Origin: an uncultured SAR86 cluster bacterium
GTDB taxonomy: Bacteria > Pseudomonadota > Gammaproteobacteria > Magnimaribacterales > D2472
Length of the DNA stretch: 64,000 bases
Assembly: GCA_902518715.1 (NCBI GenBank)
Contig: CABYHU010000003.1
Location: 54,985-118,984, forward strand
Direction: 5' to 3'
Shown in pieces: positions 21,088 through 29,547 of this stretch. The notes beneath the pieces were generated by a model. The model saw only the letters and a list, made by a program, of their open reading frames with translations. It had not been told where the DNA came from and ran no database searches. How positions within the stretch are numbered: the stretch's first letter is position 1; every line of letters begins with the position of its first letter. A program made the position numbers and the translations under genes.

Positions 21088-22932
21088 TTATTTAATAGGT
21101 AAGTAAACAACCGTATTTGTAGAAAGTATCATAATAAAAACGAGACAGGTTACAAGAGGACCTAAGTAAACTCTGCCGGTCATTCTAAAGAAAATTCTAT
21201 TAAAGTAAGGCAAAATAAACATCATTGGAACAATTCCAAAAAGTAAATTTACGCTTAACCAGTTAGTTGTCCAAAAAACTGTTCCAGTGTTGAAATAGAC
21301 TGAGTATTGAATAATTATTATAAGCATTAATCCTGCTGAATTTGCGAAACCTGCTATCAACATAGACAGCCATTCGGGTTGGTCTTTAAATCTCATGGCA
21401 CCGTTTACTCTGAGTGAGTTTGAAAAAAAGAATATAAGAAAAAGTGGCAGATACATTAATAATACTGCAAGCATTTCTGGCTGGAATATTCTTACCCCCA
21501 TAAACCAAAATCTATAATCAACATGAAAAAGGGCATAGTTTAAAAAAAGGAAAGAATAAAAAGTTGAAAATATAATTAATGCTAAAACGCAGGTTTTAAA
21601 GAAATCTATTTTATTAATCCAAAGTCCCCAAGATTTTGTTTCTACTCCGTTTCTCTTACCAAAAAACTTATATGAAAGAGAGAAAATGATGATTCCTATT
21701 AATCCATTGAATGCTGCCCATAACATTACTGAGTTATTCATTCTTTGAGGGAAAAACCAAGTCAATTTCCTACTAGCAGCATCTGCAAATAAGATTTTTG
21801 CAATCTCAACCATTGGTATGAAAGTTACACAAGCAATTAAAGCGCTTATAAAGAAGATTGACCAAAAAATTATTTTTCCTTTCTTGTTTGGGGCATTTAA
21901 GGGGGCTGGGACATCCTTTTTGATGGATGAAAAAAACCTTAGCCCTAAAAATAATCTTGCAATTGGAATGAGCATAATTAATGCTAAAACCATATTTATG
22001 AGAGTAAATATTTCTTTCCAGTGCCAAATTTGATTGTATGAATTAATTGGATTTGGCGCACCAAATACCTTCTCAAAATAATCCAGTTGATTTGAGGTTG
22101 CTTCAAAGTTGTAAGGTTGGAACGGATGTAAAACAGGTTCATTAAAGATCACTCTTAAAGAATTCTTTTCTTTTGAACCATAATATTTACCTAATTCAAC
22201 TTTCTTTATTTGTTCTGCTTTAGAAAGAACACCATTAACAGTTCTAAGAGACTCAGGAGCAATCATCATATTTGCAGAGTCCCAAGCAGTGAGCTCATTT
22301 CTGAAAGCTCCCTCGTCATATAAAGCATAACTAACTCCCATATTAGATTTTGAGTCTCTTAAAATATTATTTCTTAAGGTGAGCACATAACCGGAAACAT
22401 AAACGGAATCTAGTTTGCTTTTTGTATTATTTTGTATGGCTTGTTTACCAAAAAAATCAGCGCCTCGTATCGCTGCATTTCCTCCCATTGAATGACCTGT
22501 TGCACCAATCTTATCAATATCTACAAAATTAAAAGCGCCATCATACACATGCTCAACTAAGGCAAACATTCCATAGCCTTGAGTAGTTGCAGCTCTTGTA
22601 CTAAGGGATGAAGAAGATAAACCTTGTGCATAAGGATCTATTAGGGCAACAACATATCCTCTTCTAGAAAGCTCAATTGCTATATTTGACAAAGCCTCCT
22701 TAGATCTTTGAAAGCCTGGAATAATGGCTATGAATGGAGCCTTTGATTCCGATTTAGCAGACTTTGGTCTAAACAGGTCATAGACAATATATTGGCCCTT
22801 GTCTGTATCAAGCCTTAAGCTCTTTACCTCAACATAACCAAAGCTTGTAAGTATCAAGGAAGCAAGAAAGCTAAAGAATAAGATTGATGAAGCTAAGCCA
22901 ATTAATAATTTATTTGTTTTAATAAAATTCAT
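21088..22932 (-). CDS. Alpha/beta-hydrolase domain fused to a C-terminal polytopic (about 8 TM) membrane domain
   Basis: 614 aa: N-terminal anchor, then a hydrolase core (FIAIIPGF..., nucleophile elbow GHSMGG). About eight hydrophobic helices follow from about aa 300, counted by eye. Confidence 0.7.
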   Translation of the reverse strand: MNFIKTNKLLIGLASSILFFSFLASLILTSFGYVEVKSLRLDTDKGQYIVYDLFRPKSAKSESKAPFIAIIPGFQRSKEALSNIAIELSRRGYVVALIDPYAQGLSSSSLSTRAATTQGYGMFALVEHVYDGAFNFVDIDKIGATGHSMGGNAAIRGADFFGKQAIQNNTKSKLDSVYVSGYVLTLRNNILRDSKSNMGVSYALYDEGAFRNELTAWDSANMMIAPESLRTVNGVLSKAEQIKKVELGKYYGSKEKNSLRVIFNEPVLHPFQPYNFEATSNQLDYFEKVFGAPNPINSYNQIWHWKEIFTLINMVLALIMLIPIARLFLGLRFFSSIKKDVPAPLNAPNKKGKIIFWSIFFISALIACVTFIPMVEIAKILFADAASRKLTWFFPQRMNNSVMLWAAFNGLIGIIIFSLSYKFFGKRNGVETKSWGLWINKIDFFKTCVLALIIFSTFYSFLFLNYALFHVDYRFWFMGVRIFQPEMLAVLLMYLPLFLIFFFSNSLRVNGAMRFKDQPEWLSMLIAGFANSAGLMLIIIIQYSVYFNTGTVFWTTNWLSVNLLFGIVPMMFILPYFNRIFFRMTGRVYLGPLVTCLVFIMILSTNTVVYLPIK

Positions 22933-23028
22933 GAGTTATAAATTTTTATAAGTATTTTAAAGTTTTTTTATTCTTGAATTAATAAATTCTCACTGATAGT
23001 CTAGATTTTTAACATTTTTGGAGAAAAT

Positions 23029-23394
23029 ATGGAATCGTTAATAGTTATGTCACTTGTTTTGGCAATTTTACAAATATGGATTATTCCGATGGTTTTAAAT
23101 ATGAAAAATATGAATTGGCTTCTTTCAAATAGGGAAGAATCTGATGCACCATCAGAAATGCTTGCAAGAGCAAGAAGGGCTTCAGCAAATCTTCAAGAAA
23201 GTTTGCCAGCTTTTTTAGCACTGGCTCTTTTATCTATGATTGTAGGTGTAGATGTAACCTCTGCTGCATGTTGGTGGTTAATATTTAGAGTTGCTCATGG
23301 AGCTATATATATTATGGGGATAACATATTTAAGAACTCTTGCTTGGTTTGGATCTATAGGGTCATTAATTGCAATGGCTTGCGCTCTAGTTTAG
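23029..23394 (+). CDS. MAPEG-family membrane protein
   Basis: 121 aa, 3-4 TM helices, with RARRASANLQESLPAFLALALL resembling the MAPEG R..RA..N..E..P.F motif. A GGAG Shine-Dalgarno (SD) sequence sits upstream. Confidence 0.55.
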   Translation: MESLIVMSLVLAILQIWIIPMVLNMKNMNWLLSNREESDAPSEMLARARRASANLQESLPAFLALALLSMIVGVDVTSAACWWLIFRVAHGAIYIMGITYLRTLAWFGSIGSLIAMACALV

Positions 23395-23406
23395 AAATTC
23401 TTCAAT

Positions 23407-23441
23407 AAAAAAAGCCGGCCTATAAAAGCCGGCTTTTTTTT
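23407..23441. terminator. Bidirectional rho-independent terminator
   Basis: aaaaaaAGCCGGCctataaaaGCCGGCTtttttttt: a GC-rich stem flanked by an A-run and a T-run, between convergent genes ending at 23394 (+) and 23447 (-). Confidence 0.85.
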
Positions 23442-23446
23442 AATTA

Positions 23447-23941
23447 TCAGTCTTCGAAATCAGCTTGAACAGTCTGATGAGTGCCTCCATAAGCAGCTGA
23501 AGAGAAATGAGATGTTTTAACAACCCAATTTTTACCTTCTTTAACCCATACACCAGTAACTCTGGTTCGATAAGGCTTCATTCCACCTTTTCCATCTGCA
23601 ACCACTCCTTCAGCATAATATCTTACGTAAACAGTTGTATCATTGAGCTGATGTGCTTCAGACGCATGAACTTGAATGACTCCAGTACCACCAGCACTTT
23701 GTCTTTCCCAGTCTGAAGCTGTTTGAGTAGCCATTGGTTTGTGAAAACTTCCATCTGAATTAGTATTTAACATTCCAGATGAGCTGCTCATAGCAACAAC
23801 TTTGTCCCAATCAGATGTATTTCTTGCATCCCAATAAGCTTCAATATTTTTTAAAACTGTTTTTTCAGCATCTGTATGAGCATCAGCAAAAACAACAACT
23901 GAAAAAATTAAAGCTGCACTTAAAAATATATTTCTAAACAT
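23447..23941 (-). CDS. Secreted NTF2-fold (SnoaL/DUF4440-like) protein
   Basis: 164 aa with a signal peptide. LKNIEAYWDARNTSDWDKV ... RVTGVWVKEGKNWVVKTSHFS is typical of NTF2-like proteins. Strong SD (GGAGGAAATA-ATG). Confidence 0.6.
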   Translation of the reverse strand: MFRNIFLSAALIFSVVVFADAHTDAEKTVLKNIEAYWDARNTSDWDKVVAMSSSSGMLNTNSDGSFHKPMATQTASDWERQSAGGTGVIQVHASEAHQLNDTTVYVRYYAEGVVADGKGGMKPYRTRVTGVWVKEGKNWVVKTSHFSSAAYGGTHQTVQADFED

Positions 23942-23954
23942 ATTTCCTCCTTTT

Positions 23955-24263
23955 TTATTTAGTCATATTAAATCTTTCTTCGCCAATACCAGCTGACATC
24001 CAAATCTCGTTTGAAACTTGATTTGATAAATCAGCTAAATCAAAAAAGGCTTTCATAGTCTCGGCTGAAGGATCAGCATCGCTACCCCATACACCCTTCT
24101 CTGCATCGACTATAATTCCAATTAAGTTTGGATTCACCCAGAAAAACTTTGCATCATTTACACCTTCAACATTTTTTGCAGCCTTGCAAACTGCAAGAGC
24201 AGCATGACCGAAAGCGTCTCTATCAGCATCACTTCTCATTTCATATTTTCCTATATGCAACAT
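23955..24263 (-). CDS. Hypothetical small protein (102 aa, no signal peptide)
   Basis: ORF with a GGAG SD 6-7 nt upstream, packed between two secreted-protein genes. Family not recognised; the alpha+beta pattern is guessed. Confidence 0.5.
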   Translation of the reverse strand: MLHIGKYEMRSDADRDAFGHAALAVCKAAKNVEGVNDAKFFWVNPNLIGIIVDAEKGVWGSDADPSAETMKAFFDLADLSNQVSNEIWMSAGIGEERFNMTK

Positions 24264-24291
24264 AATTTATCTCCAAAAAAAACACATATTA

Positions 24292-24726
24292 TTAAAGCAT
24301 ACACCATCTTCTTTCAGCAACAACCTCAGTATTCTTGTTGTACATGGCAACAAAGGCATTGTATTTTTTGTCAGCAAGTTTTCTATCTTCTTCAGATAAA
24401 GCTTCTATGCTTTCTCTCCATTCACTCCATGAGTTAACACTATCCCAAACAACCATTGTTGAAACACGATGAAGTTTTTCTTCTGTCCCATCGTCATTTC
24501 TTAAATATTGGAGTGCTGGATAAACCTTTACATTTGCGCCCTGCTCGTCGTAAAAGTTTTGATGCATCTTGCTAGCTTTCATCATTCCTTCAACACTGCC
24601 GCCAGAAACAATTTTAGAAACGTAATAATTAACAACTTTTCCATCACAATCTGAAAAATCTGTTGAAATACGATGATCGTCTGCAAATGAAAAAATTGAA
24701 AAAGTTAATAATAAAAAATATCTCAT
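24292..24726 (-). CDS. Secreted hypothetical protein, single Cys-bracketed ABM-like module
   Basis: 144 aa with a signal peptide and strong SD (GGAGG). The mature part starts ..SDCDGKVV, contains STMVVWDSVNSWSEWRES and ends RRWCML. Confidence 0.55.
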   Translation of the reverse strand: MRYFLLLTFSIFSFADDHRISTDFSDCDGKVVNYYVSKIVSGGSVEGMMKASKMHQNFYDEQGANVKVYPALQYLRNDDGTEEKLHRVSTMVVWDSVNSWSEWRESIEALSEEDRKLADKKYNAFVAMYNKNTEVVAERRWCML

Positions 24727-24789
24727 AATAAAATCCTCCGATTAGATATTACTATAAGTTTGTAACGGTGAAGAAAAAATTATGTGAAA

Positions 24790-26160
24790 TTAGTTTTTAG
24801 ATTTCCAAGTGGTTCCATCTTCATTATCAATTAGCTCAATACCCTTTTCCAACAATGAATCTCTTATTGCATCAGCGCCGGTAAAATCTTTATTTTCTTT
24901 AAGAGTTTTCCTCTCATTAATAAGCTTTTCTATTTCCGCCAATTCAGAATCACTAATTTCAATTTGCATATTCCACTCAGACGGTTTTTTATCAAATATA
25001 CCTAAGATACTGCCTGCAAATAATAAAGATTGTTTGATAGTTCCAGGGCTAGAAGAATTTTTATTTTTTAAAATCTCGTTAATAGAAGTTAATACTTTAG
25101 GTATATCAAGATCATTAGAAAAATTTTCCATGAGACTTTGATCAATTTTACCTTCTGGATCATCGTCACAGTTATCAAGAAAATCATAAACTTTATCTAA
25201 CAATACTTTGGACTGTTTTATCACATTTTCATTCCAATCAAGTGATTTTCGATAATGAGAAGATAGCAATGCAAGTCTTATTGTTTCTCCATCATGCTCT
25301 TTTAAAAGGTCATTCAAAAGAATAATATTATTAAGAGATTTTGACATTTTTTCGCCATCTATAGTGACAAAACCATTATGTATCCAATACTTAGCATAAT
25401 CTTCGGGATTATCAGAATTAACGCTTGCACAAGACTGAGCAATTTCATTTTCATGATGAGGAAAGAGTAAGTCTTGCCCACCACCATGAATATCGAAAGG
25501 TATTTTTAGATTTACTTCAGACATCACACAACATTCTGTATGCCATCCCGGTCTTCCAATTCCCCATGGAGAATCCCATCCAGGCTGACTTTTGCTTGAT
25601 GGTTTCCACAAAACAAAGTCCTGTTGATTTTTTTTGATATCAGAAACTTGTACCCTGCTTCCAGCAAGCTGTTGATCAATTTCTCTGTTTGATAATTTTC
25701 CATATCCTTCATGTGAGGGAACATGAAAAAATACATGTCCATCTTTTTCATAAGCTTTATCTTTCTGGATTAATTTATCAATAAAATTAACCATATCCTC
25801 AACATACTCTGTCGCCTTTGGCTGAATATCCGGATGAAGGACATTCAAATTAGACATATCTGCATTATAAATATCCGTATATTTTTTTGTCAGTTCGTTT
25901 ATAGGAATATTAGATTCATTTGCGGCTTCTATTATCTTGTCATCGATATCAGTAATGTTTGATACATATGTAACTTTTGGATATTTATTTCTTAATAGCC
26001 TTACAAACGAATCAAAAACTACCGCCATCCTTGCGTTACCAATGTGTGCATAGTTATAAACTGTAGGTCCACAAGCATAAATGCGGACATGATTTTGATC
26101 TATTGGCTCAAACTTTTTCTTTTTGTTAGATAAAGAATCATATAAATAGATTTCGCTCAT
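24790..26160 (-). CDS. cysS: Cysteine--tRNA ligase
   Basis: 456 aa with HIGH motif AHIGNAR and KMSKS motif GEKMSKSLNN. Confidence 0.97.
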   Translation of the reverse strand: MSEIYLYDSLSNKKKKFEPIDQNHVRIYACGPTVYNYAHIGNARMAVVFDSFVRLLRNKYPKVTYVSNITDIDDKIIEAANESNIPINELTKKYTDIYNADMSNLNVLHPDIQPKATEYVEDMVNFIDKLIQKDKAYEKDGHVFFHVPSHEGYGKLSNREIDQQLAGSRVQVSDIKKNQQDFVLWKPSSKSQPGWDSPWGIGRPGWHTECCVMSEVNLKIPFDIHGGGQDLLFPHHENEIAQSCASVNSDNPEDYAKYWIHNGFVTIDGEKMSKSLNNIILLNDLLKEHDGETIRLALLSSHYRKSLDWNENVIKQSKVLLDKVYDFLDNCDDDPEGKIDQSLMENFSNDLDIPKVLTSINEILKNKNSSSPGTIKQSLLFAGSILGIFDKKPSEWNMQIEISDSELAEIEKLINERKTLKENKDFTGADAIRDSLLEKGIELIDNEDGTTWKSKN

Positions 26161-26168
26161 GACTATTA

Positions 26169-26780
26169 CTATAACTCAATGACACCTAGTTGATTTAACT
26201 TTTCAATCAGATGCTCCATCGCTAATCCCATGACTGTACTTTCAAGGCCATTAATGCTGGTAAAAAGATCTTTTCCGTTAGACTCAAAATGGTAACAACC
26301 ACATGCACTGTAAGGTTTATCTAAATTCAAATAATCCTCAATTTCTTGAGGTGATAGTTTCTTCATTTCCAACTCAGTTACATCATAATTTGACCAAATC
26401 TCTTTTCCTTCGTGAAATATAGAAATACCATTATTTTGGAAATGTTTTTTTCCAGACAAGGATGAAAGATGATTCACAGCATCCTCATGATCAATAGGTT
26501 TATCAAAAATCTCATCACCGATCGTGCACATATTATCTGATCCAATAACGAATGCTTCTAAATTATCCATACTTACTGTGCGCGCTTTTTCGGAGGCTAA
26601 TCTTGATACCTGCTCTCTAAATGATCTCCCATGAAGTTCCTTTTTAAGTAAATCTTCATCTACATTGGAATTTATAACTTGGAACTCTAGGCCAACTCCT
26701 TCAAGTAATTCTCTACGAATTCTTGAACCGCTAGCAAGAATTAATTTTTTTTTAGTTTCGGAAACTTTAGGTAGCACCAA
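26169..26780 (-). CDS. maf: Maf-like nucleoside triphosphate pyrophosphatase
   Basis: KKLILASGSRIRRELLEGVGL... Maf family. The start is TTG at 26780 or GTG at 26777; there is no ATG before the conserved N-terminus. Confidence 0.88.
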   Translation of the reverse strand: MVLPKVSETKKKLILASGSRIRRELLEGVGLEFQVINSNVDEDLLKKELHGRSFREQVSRLASEKARTVSMDNLEAFVIGSDNMCTIGDEIFDKPIDHEDAVNHLSSLSGKKHFQNNGISIFHEGKEIWSNYDVTELEMKKLSPQEIEDYLNLDKPYSACGCYHFESNGKDLFTSINGLESTVMGLAMEHLIEKLNQLGVIEL

Positions 26781-26789
26781 AGTTAGCTA

Positions 26790-27374
26790 TTATGAACTAG
26801 TTGTAATTAAGTTCATAAATTCAGCACGTGTGTCTGGATTCTCTCTGAAGGCTCCAAGCATAGTTGATGTTATTGTTGAACTTTCTGGTTTATGAACTCC
26901 TCTTGTTGTCATACATTGATGTTTTGCATTCATGACAACCGCAACACCTTTTGGTTCAAGCACTTCATTGATTACGTTTGCTATTTGAGCAGTCATTACT
27001 TCTTGGGTTTGAAGTCTCTTACCAAAAATATCAACAACTCTGGCAAGTTTACTAATGCCAACAATTCTTTTGTTTGGTAAATAACCAACATGTGCCTTTC
27101 CGAGGATGGGAACGATGTGATGTTCACAATGAGATTCAACACGAATATCCTTCACTATTACCATTTCATCGTAACCTTCAACTTCTTCGAACACTTTTGA
27201 AAGAACTTCTTTTGGATCCATTTCATACCCTGCAAAGAATTGCTCATAAGCCCTAACGACTCTCTTAGGAGTCTCTACCAAGCCCTCTCTATCAGGGTTG
27301 TCGCCTGTCCAAGCAAGCATAGTTCTTACCGCAGCTTCGGCTTCTTCTCGAGTTGGTTTTTTGTTGTCTGTCAT
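26790..27374 (-). CDS. folE: GTP cyclohydrolase I
   Basis: 194 aa with [20 protein letters not shown] and QERLT-like QTQEVMT motifs. Confidence 0.95.
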   Translation of the reverse strand: MTDNKKPTREEAEAAVRTMLAWTGDNPDREGLVETPKRVVRAYEQFFAGYEMDPKEVLSKVFEEVEGYDEMVIVKDIRVESHCEHHIVPILGKAHVGYLPNKRIVGISKLARVVDIFGKRLQTQEVMTAQIANVINEVLEPKGVAVVMNAKHQCMTTRGVHKPESSTITSTMLGAFRENPDTRAEFMNLITTSS

Positions 27375-27445
27375 ATTTGATCTCCTTTGATCTTCAATGA
27401 GGGAATTATATTAATGATATTTAGCACCAAAATAAAGGAAAATCC

Positions 27446-28150
27446 TTAATCTAATAGGTTTTTTTTATTTTGAAATGTAAGCTGTTGTTCTTTTTTAAAA
27501 GCTCTATTTAAATCTACTGGTTCGTTAGAATTGAGAATCTTTTTAAGAACTTTAATCGAATCTCTCTCCATTGAGACTATTTTTGCAGCTATTTCGTGCG
27601 CCCTTTTCATCATGCTTTCTTTATCTTCATGAATTGAGCTTATGCCACCATATGAAAGAATCTCCTCAACTCCAACTCTTTCACCAGTGAAAACCATTTC
27701 CCTTACTCTTTGTTTTGGAATTATTCTTCCTAAGTGCGCACTTCCAACCAGCACATCAAAATTTATTCCTGGCATCTGAAAATAACTATCTTTTGTTGCT
27801 AAAACTATATCTGAAGAAGATGGAATAAAAAAACCAGCGCCAATAACAAATCCATCGCAGCAGCAAATTATGGGAACGTCTGAATTATAGATTGCATTTG
27901 AGAGCTTCCAGAGATAATCATTAATTATCTCAAGTTTTTCTTTATCAAGGCCATGCTCCTTTCTGTCTGCTCCTGCTGAAAAACCTTTACCTTCATTTTC
28001 AATTATTATCACAGAGATTTGATTATCAAAAGAAACCTTTTCGATGAGATCATTCATTTCTATTAAGTCACTAGATGAAAATGCATTTACTGGTGGAGAT
28101 GAAATTGTCACCACCATTGTTTTATTTTTAGTTGAGCTTTTTATTGCCAT
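27446..28150 (-). CDS. Enoyl-CoA hydratase/isomerase (crotonase) family protein
   Basis: 234 aa with GKGFSAGADRKE and CCCDGFVIGAGF, the crotonase oxyanion-hole regions. Confidence 0.8.
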   Translation of the reverse strand: MAIKSSTKNKTMVVTISSPPVNAFSSSDLIEMNDLIEKVSFDNQISVIIIENEGKGFSAGADRKEHGLDKEKLEIINDYLWKLSNAIYNSDVPIICCCDGFVIGAGFFIPSSSDIVLATKDSYFQMPGINFDVLVGSAHLGRIIPKQRVREMVFTGERVGVEEILSYGGISSIHEDKESMMKRAHEIAAKIVSMERDSIKVLKKILNSNEPVDLNRAFKKEQQLTFQNKKNLLD

Positions 28151-28196
28151 TTTTATTCGCTTAAAACTGTTATTATTAACAGAAACTATTGTAGCA

Positions 28197-28844
28197 ATGT
28201 CTAATATAAAAGCATTAATAAATCCTGTTACTCCATTTCAACAAAATGCACCCATTGTGTTTTGTGAAGAAACTAAAAAATGCGCTTTTGTTGATCCAGG
28301 TGGAGATTTAGAGGTATTGCTAGCTAGTGCTGCAAATAATGACCTAATTCCAGAGAAAATATTACTTACTCATGGGCATATAGACCATGCTGCTGGCGCT
28401 ACTGAGCTAGCTAATACACTTAACTTGGAGATAATTGGTCCTCACATTGATGATAAGTTTCTCTTGGATGAATTAGAAGCTCAAGGTTCTATGCTTGGAT
28501 TACCTGCTCAAAATTGCTCACCAGACCTATGGTTAAATGATGGAGAAACCGTATCAGTTGGTAATGCAATATTAAAAGTATTTCTTACTCCAGGTCATAC
28601 TCCAGGACATATTATTTTTTTTCATGAGCCCTCTAAGTTAGCTATTGTGGGTGATGTTCTTTTTGCCGGATCAATTGGAAGAACAGATTTACCTGGCGGA
28701 GACTACGCGCAATTGATTGAATCAATTAAGACAAAACTATGGCCCCTTGGTGAAGATATAGCTTTTGTCCCTGGCCACGGACCACCCTCAAATTTTAAAG
28801 TTGAACGATCAACTAATCCTTTTGTTTCTGATAATAATTTATAG
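28197..28844 (+). CDS. MBL-fold metallo-hydrolase (glyoxalase II-like)
   Basis: LLTHGHIDHAAG, TPGHTPGH and GRTDLPGG. The ATG at 28197 is preferred. The track start at 28044 would add 51 aa that overlap the opposite-strand crotonase gene. Confidence 0.85.
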   Translation: MSNIKALINPVTPFQQNAPIVFCEETKKCAFVDPGGDLEVLLASAANNDLIPEKILLTHGHIDHAAGATELANTLNLEIIGPHIDDKFLLDELEAQGSMLGLPAQNCSPDLWLNDGETVSVGNAILKVFLTPGHTPGHIIFFHEPSKLAIVGDVLFAGSIGRTDLPGGDYAQLIESIKTKLWPLGEDIAFVPGHGPPSNFKVERSTNPFVSDNNL

Positions 28845-29543
28845 ATTTATACGAAAACCTATCTCAAAAGTTGTTGAGTCGTATAGAGAGTTTGTGCTTG
28901 CACCGATAGTAAAGGCAGTATATTTACCTCTGTTGTAGATTGCCTCAAAACCAAATCTTCTGTTTTGATCATCCGAAATCTCATAAATTGTTGGACAATC
29001 TAGCTCCAAACATACAATGTCATCATTGATAATTGGTTCTGCTTCTGATGCGACATCAAGGAAAATTCTTCCTTCCCAATCATTACTGTCACCAAAATGA
29101 ATGCCTGACACAAAATGTGCCTCATATGCATTTTCATCAAAATTGAAGTCATCGTTTTCTACTGACCAACTTTTTACCCCAAACTCTCCGTAGAGCTCAA
29201 ATAAATTTTTAATTTCTAAGTTGACTCCGCGTGCTGAAATATTACTCAATATGTCGGCTATTCCGGCATGAGCTCCAATTCTAAAAGAATCAGTAGTTTT
29301 GTCGACTATTTCTTTCTCAAAGTCTATCCCGTCGCCTCTTCTTTCAAACTTAAGATATAAAGGTCCAGGCAGGTTAAATGAAGTGTTTATTGCTAAGCCA
29401 CTATCTGCATTATTTGCTCCAATATAGCTTATTCCTAGATAGGTATATCTAAAATCAAATTCCTCTCTATCGAGTCGACCTTTTTCTTCTGAAAAAATTG
29501 GTATAGCTAAAAAGAATAGAAAGAGATAACTTAAAAATTTCAT
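28839..29543 (-). CDS. Putative outer-membrane beta-barrel protein
   Basis: Signal peptide MKFLSYLFLFFLAIPIFS followed by about 10 amphipathic beta-strand-like segments (YTYLGISYIGAN ... TFEIGFRINL). The track start at 29561 is TTG; the ATG at 29543 is preferred. Confidence 0.5.
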   Translation of the reverse strand: MKFLSYLFLFFLAIPIFSEEKGRLDREEFDFRYTYLGISYIGANNADSGLAINTSFNLPGPLYLKFERRGDGIDFEKEIVDKTTDSFRIGAHAGIADILSNISARGVNLEIKNLFELYGEFGVKSWSVENDDFNFDENAYEAHFVSGIHFGDSNDWEGRIFLDVASEAEPIINDDIVCLELDCPTIYEISDDQNRRFGFEAIYNRGKYTAFTIGASTNSLYDSTTFEIGFRINL

Positions 29544-29547
29544 GTTT

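Noticed and set aside
28044-28196. Upstream 51-aa extension of the MBL-hydrolase ORF.
   Set aside because: It overlaps the 5' part of the opposite-strand crotonase gene and is hydrophobic junk. The conserved MBL domain begins right after the ATG at 28197.
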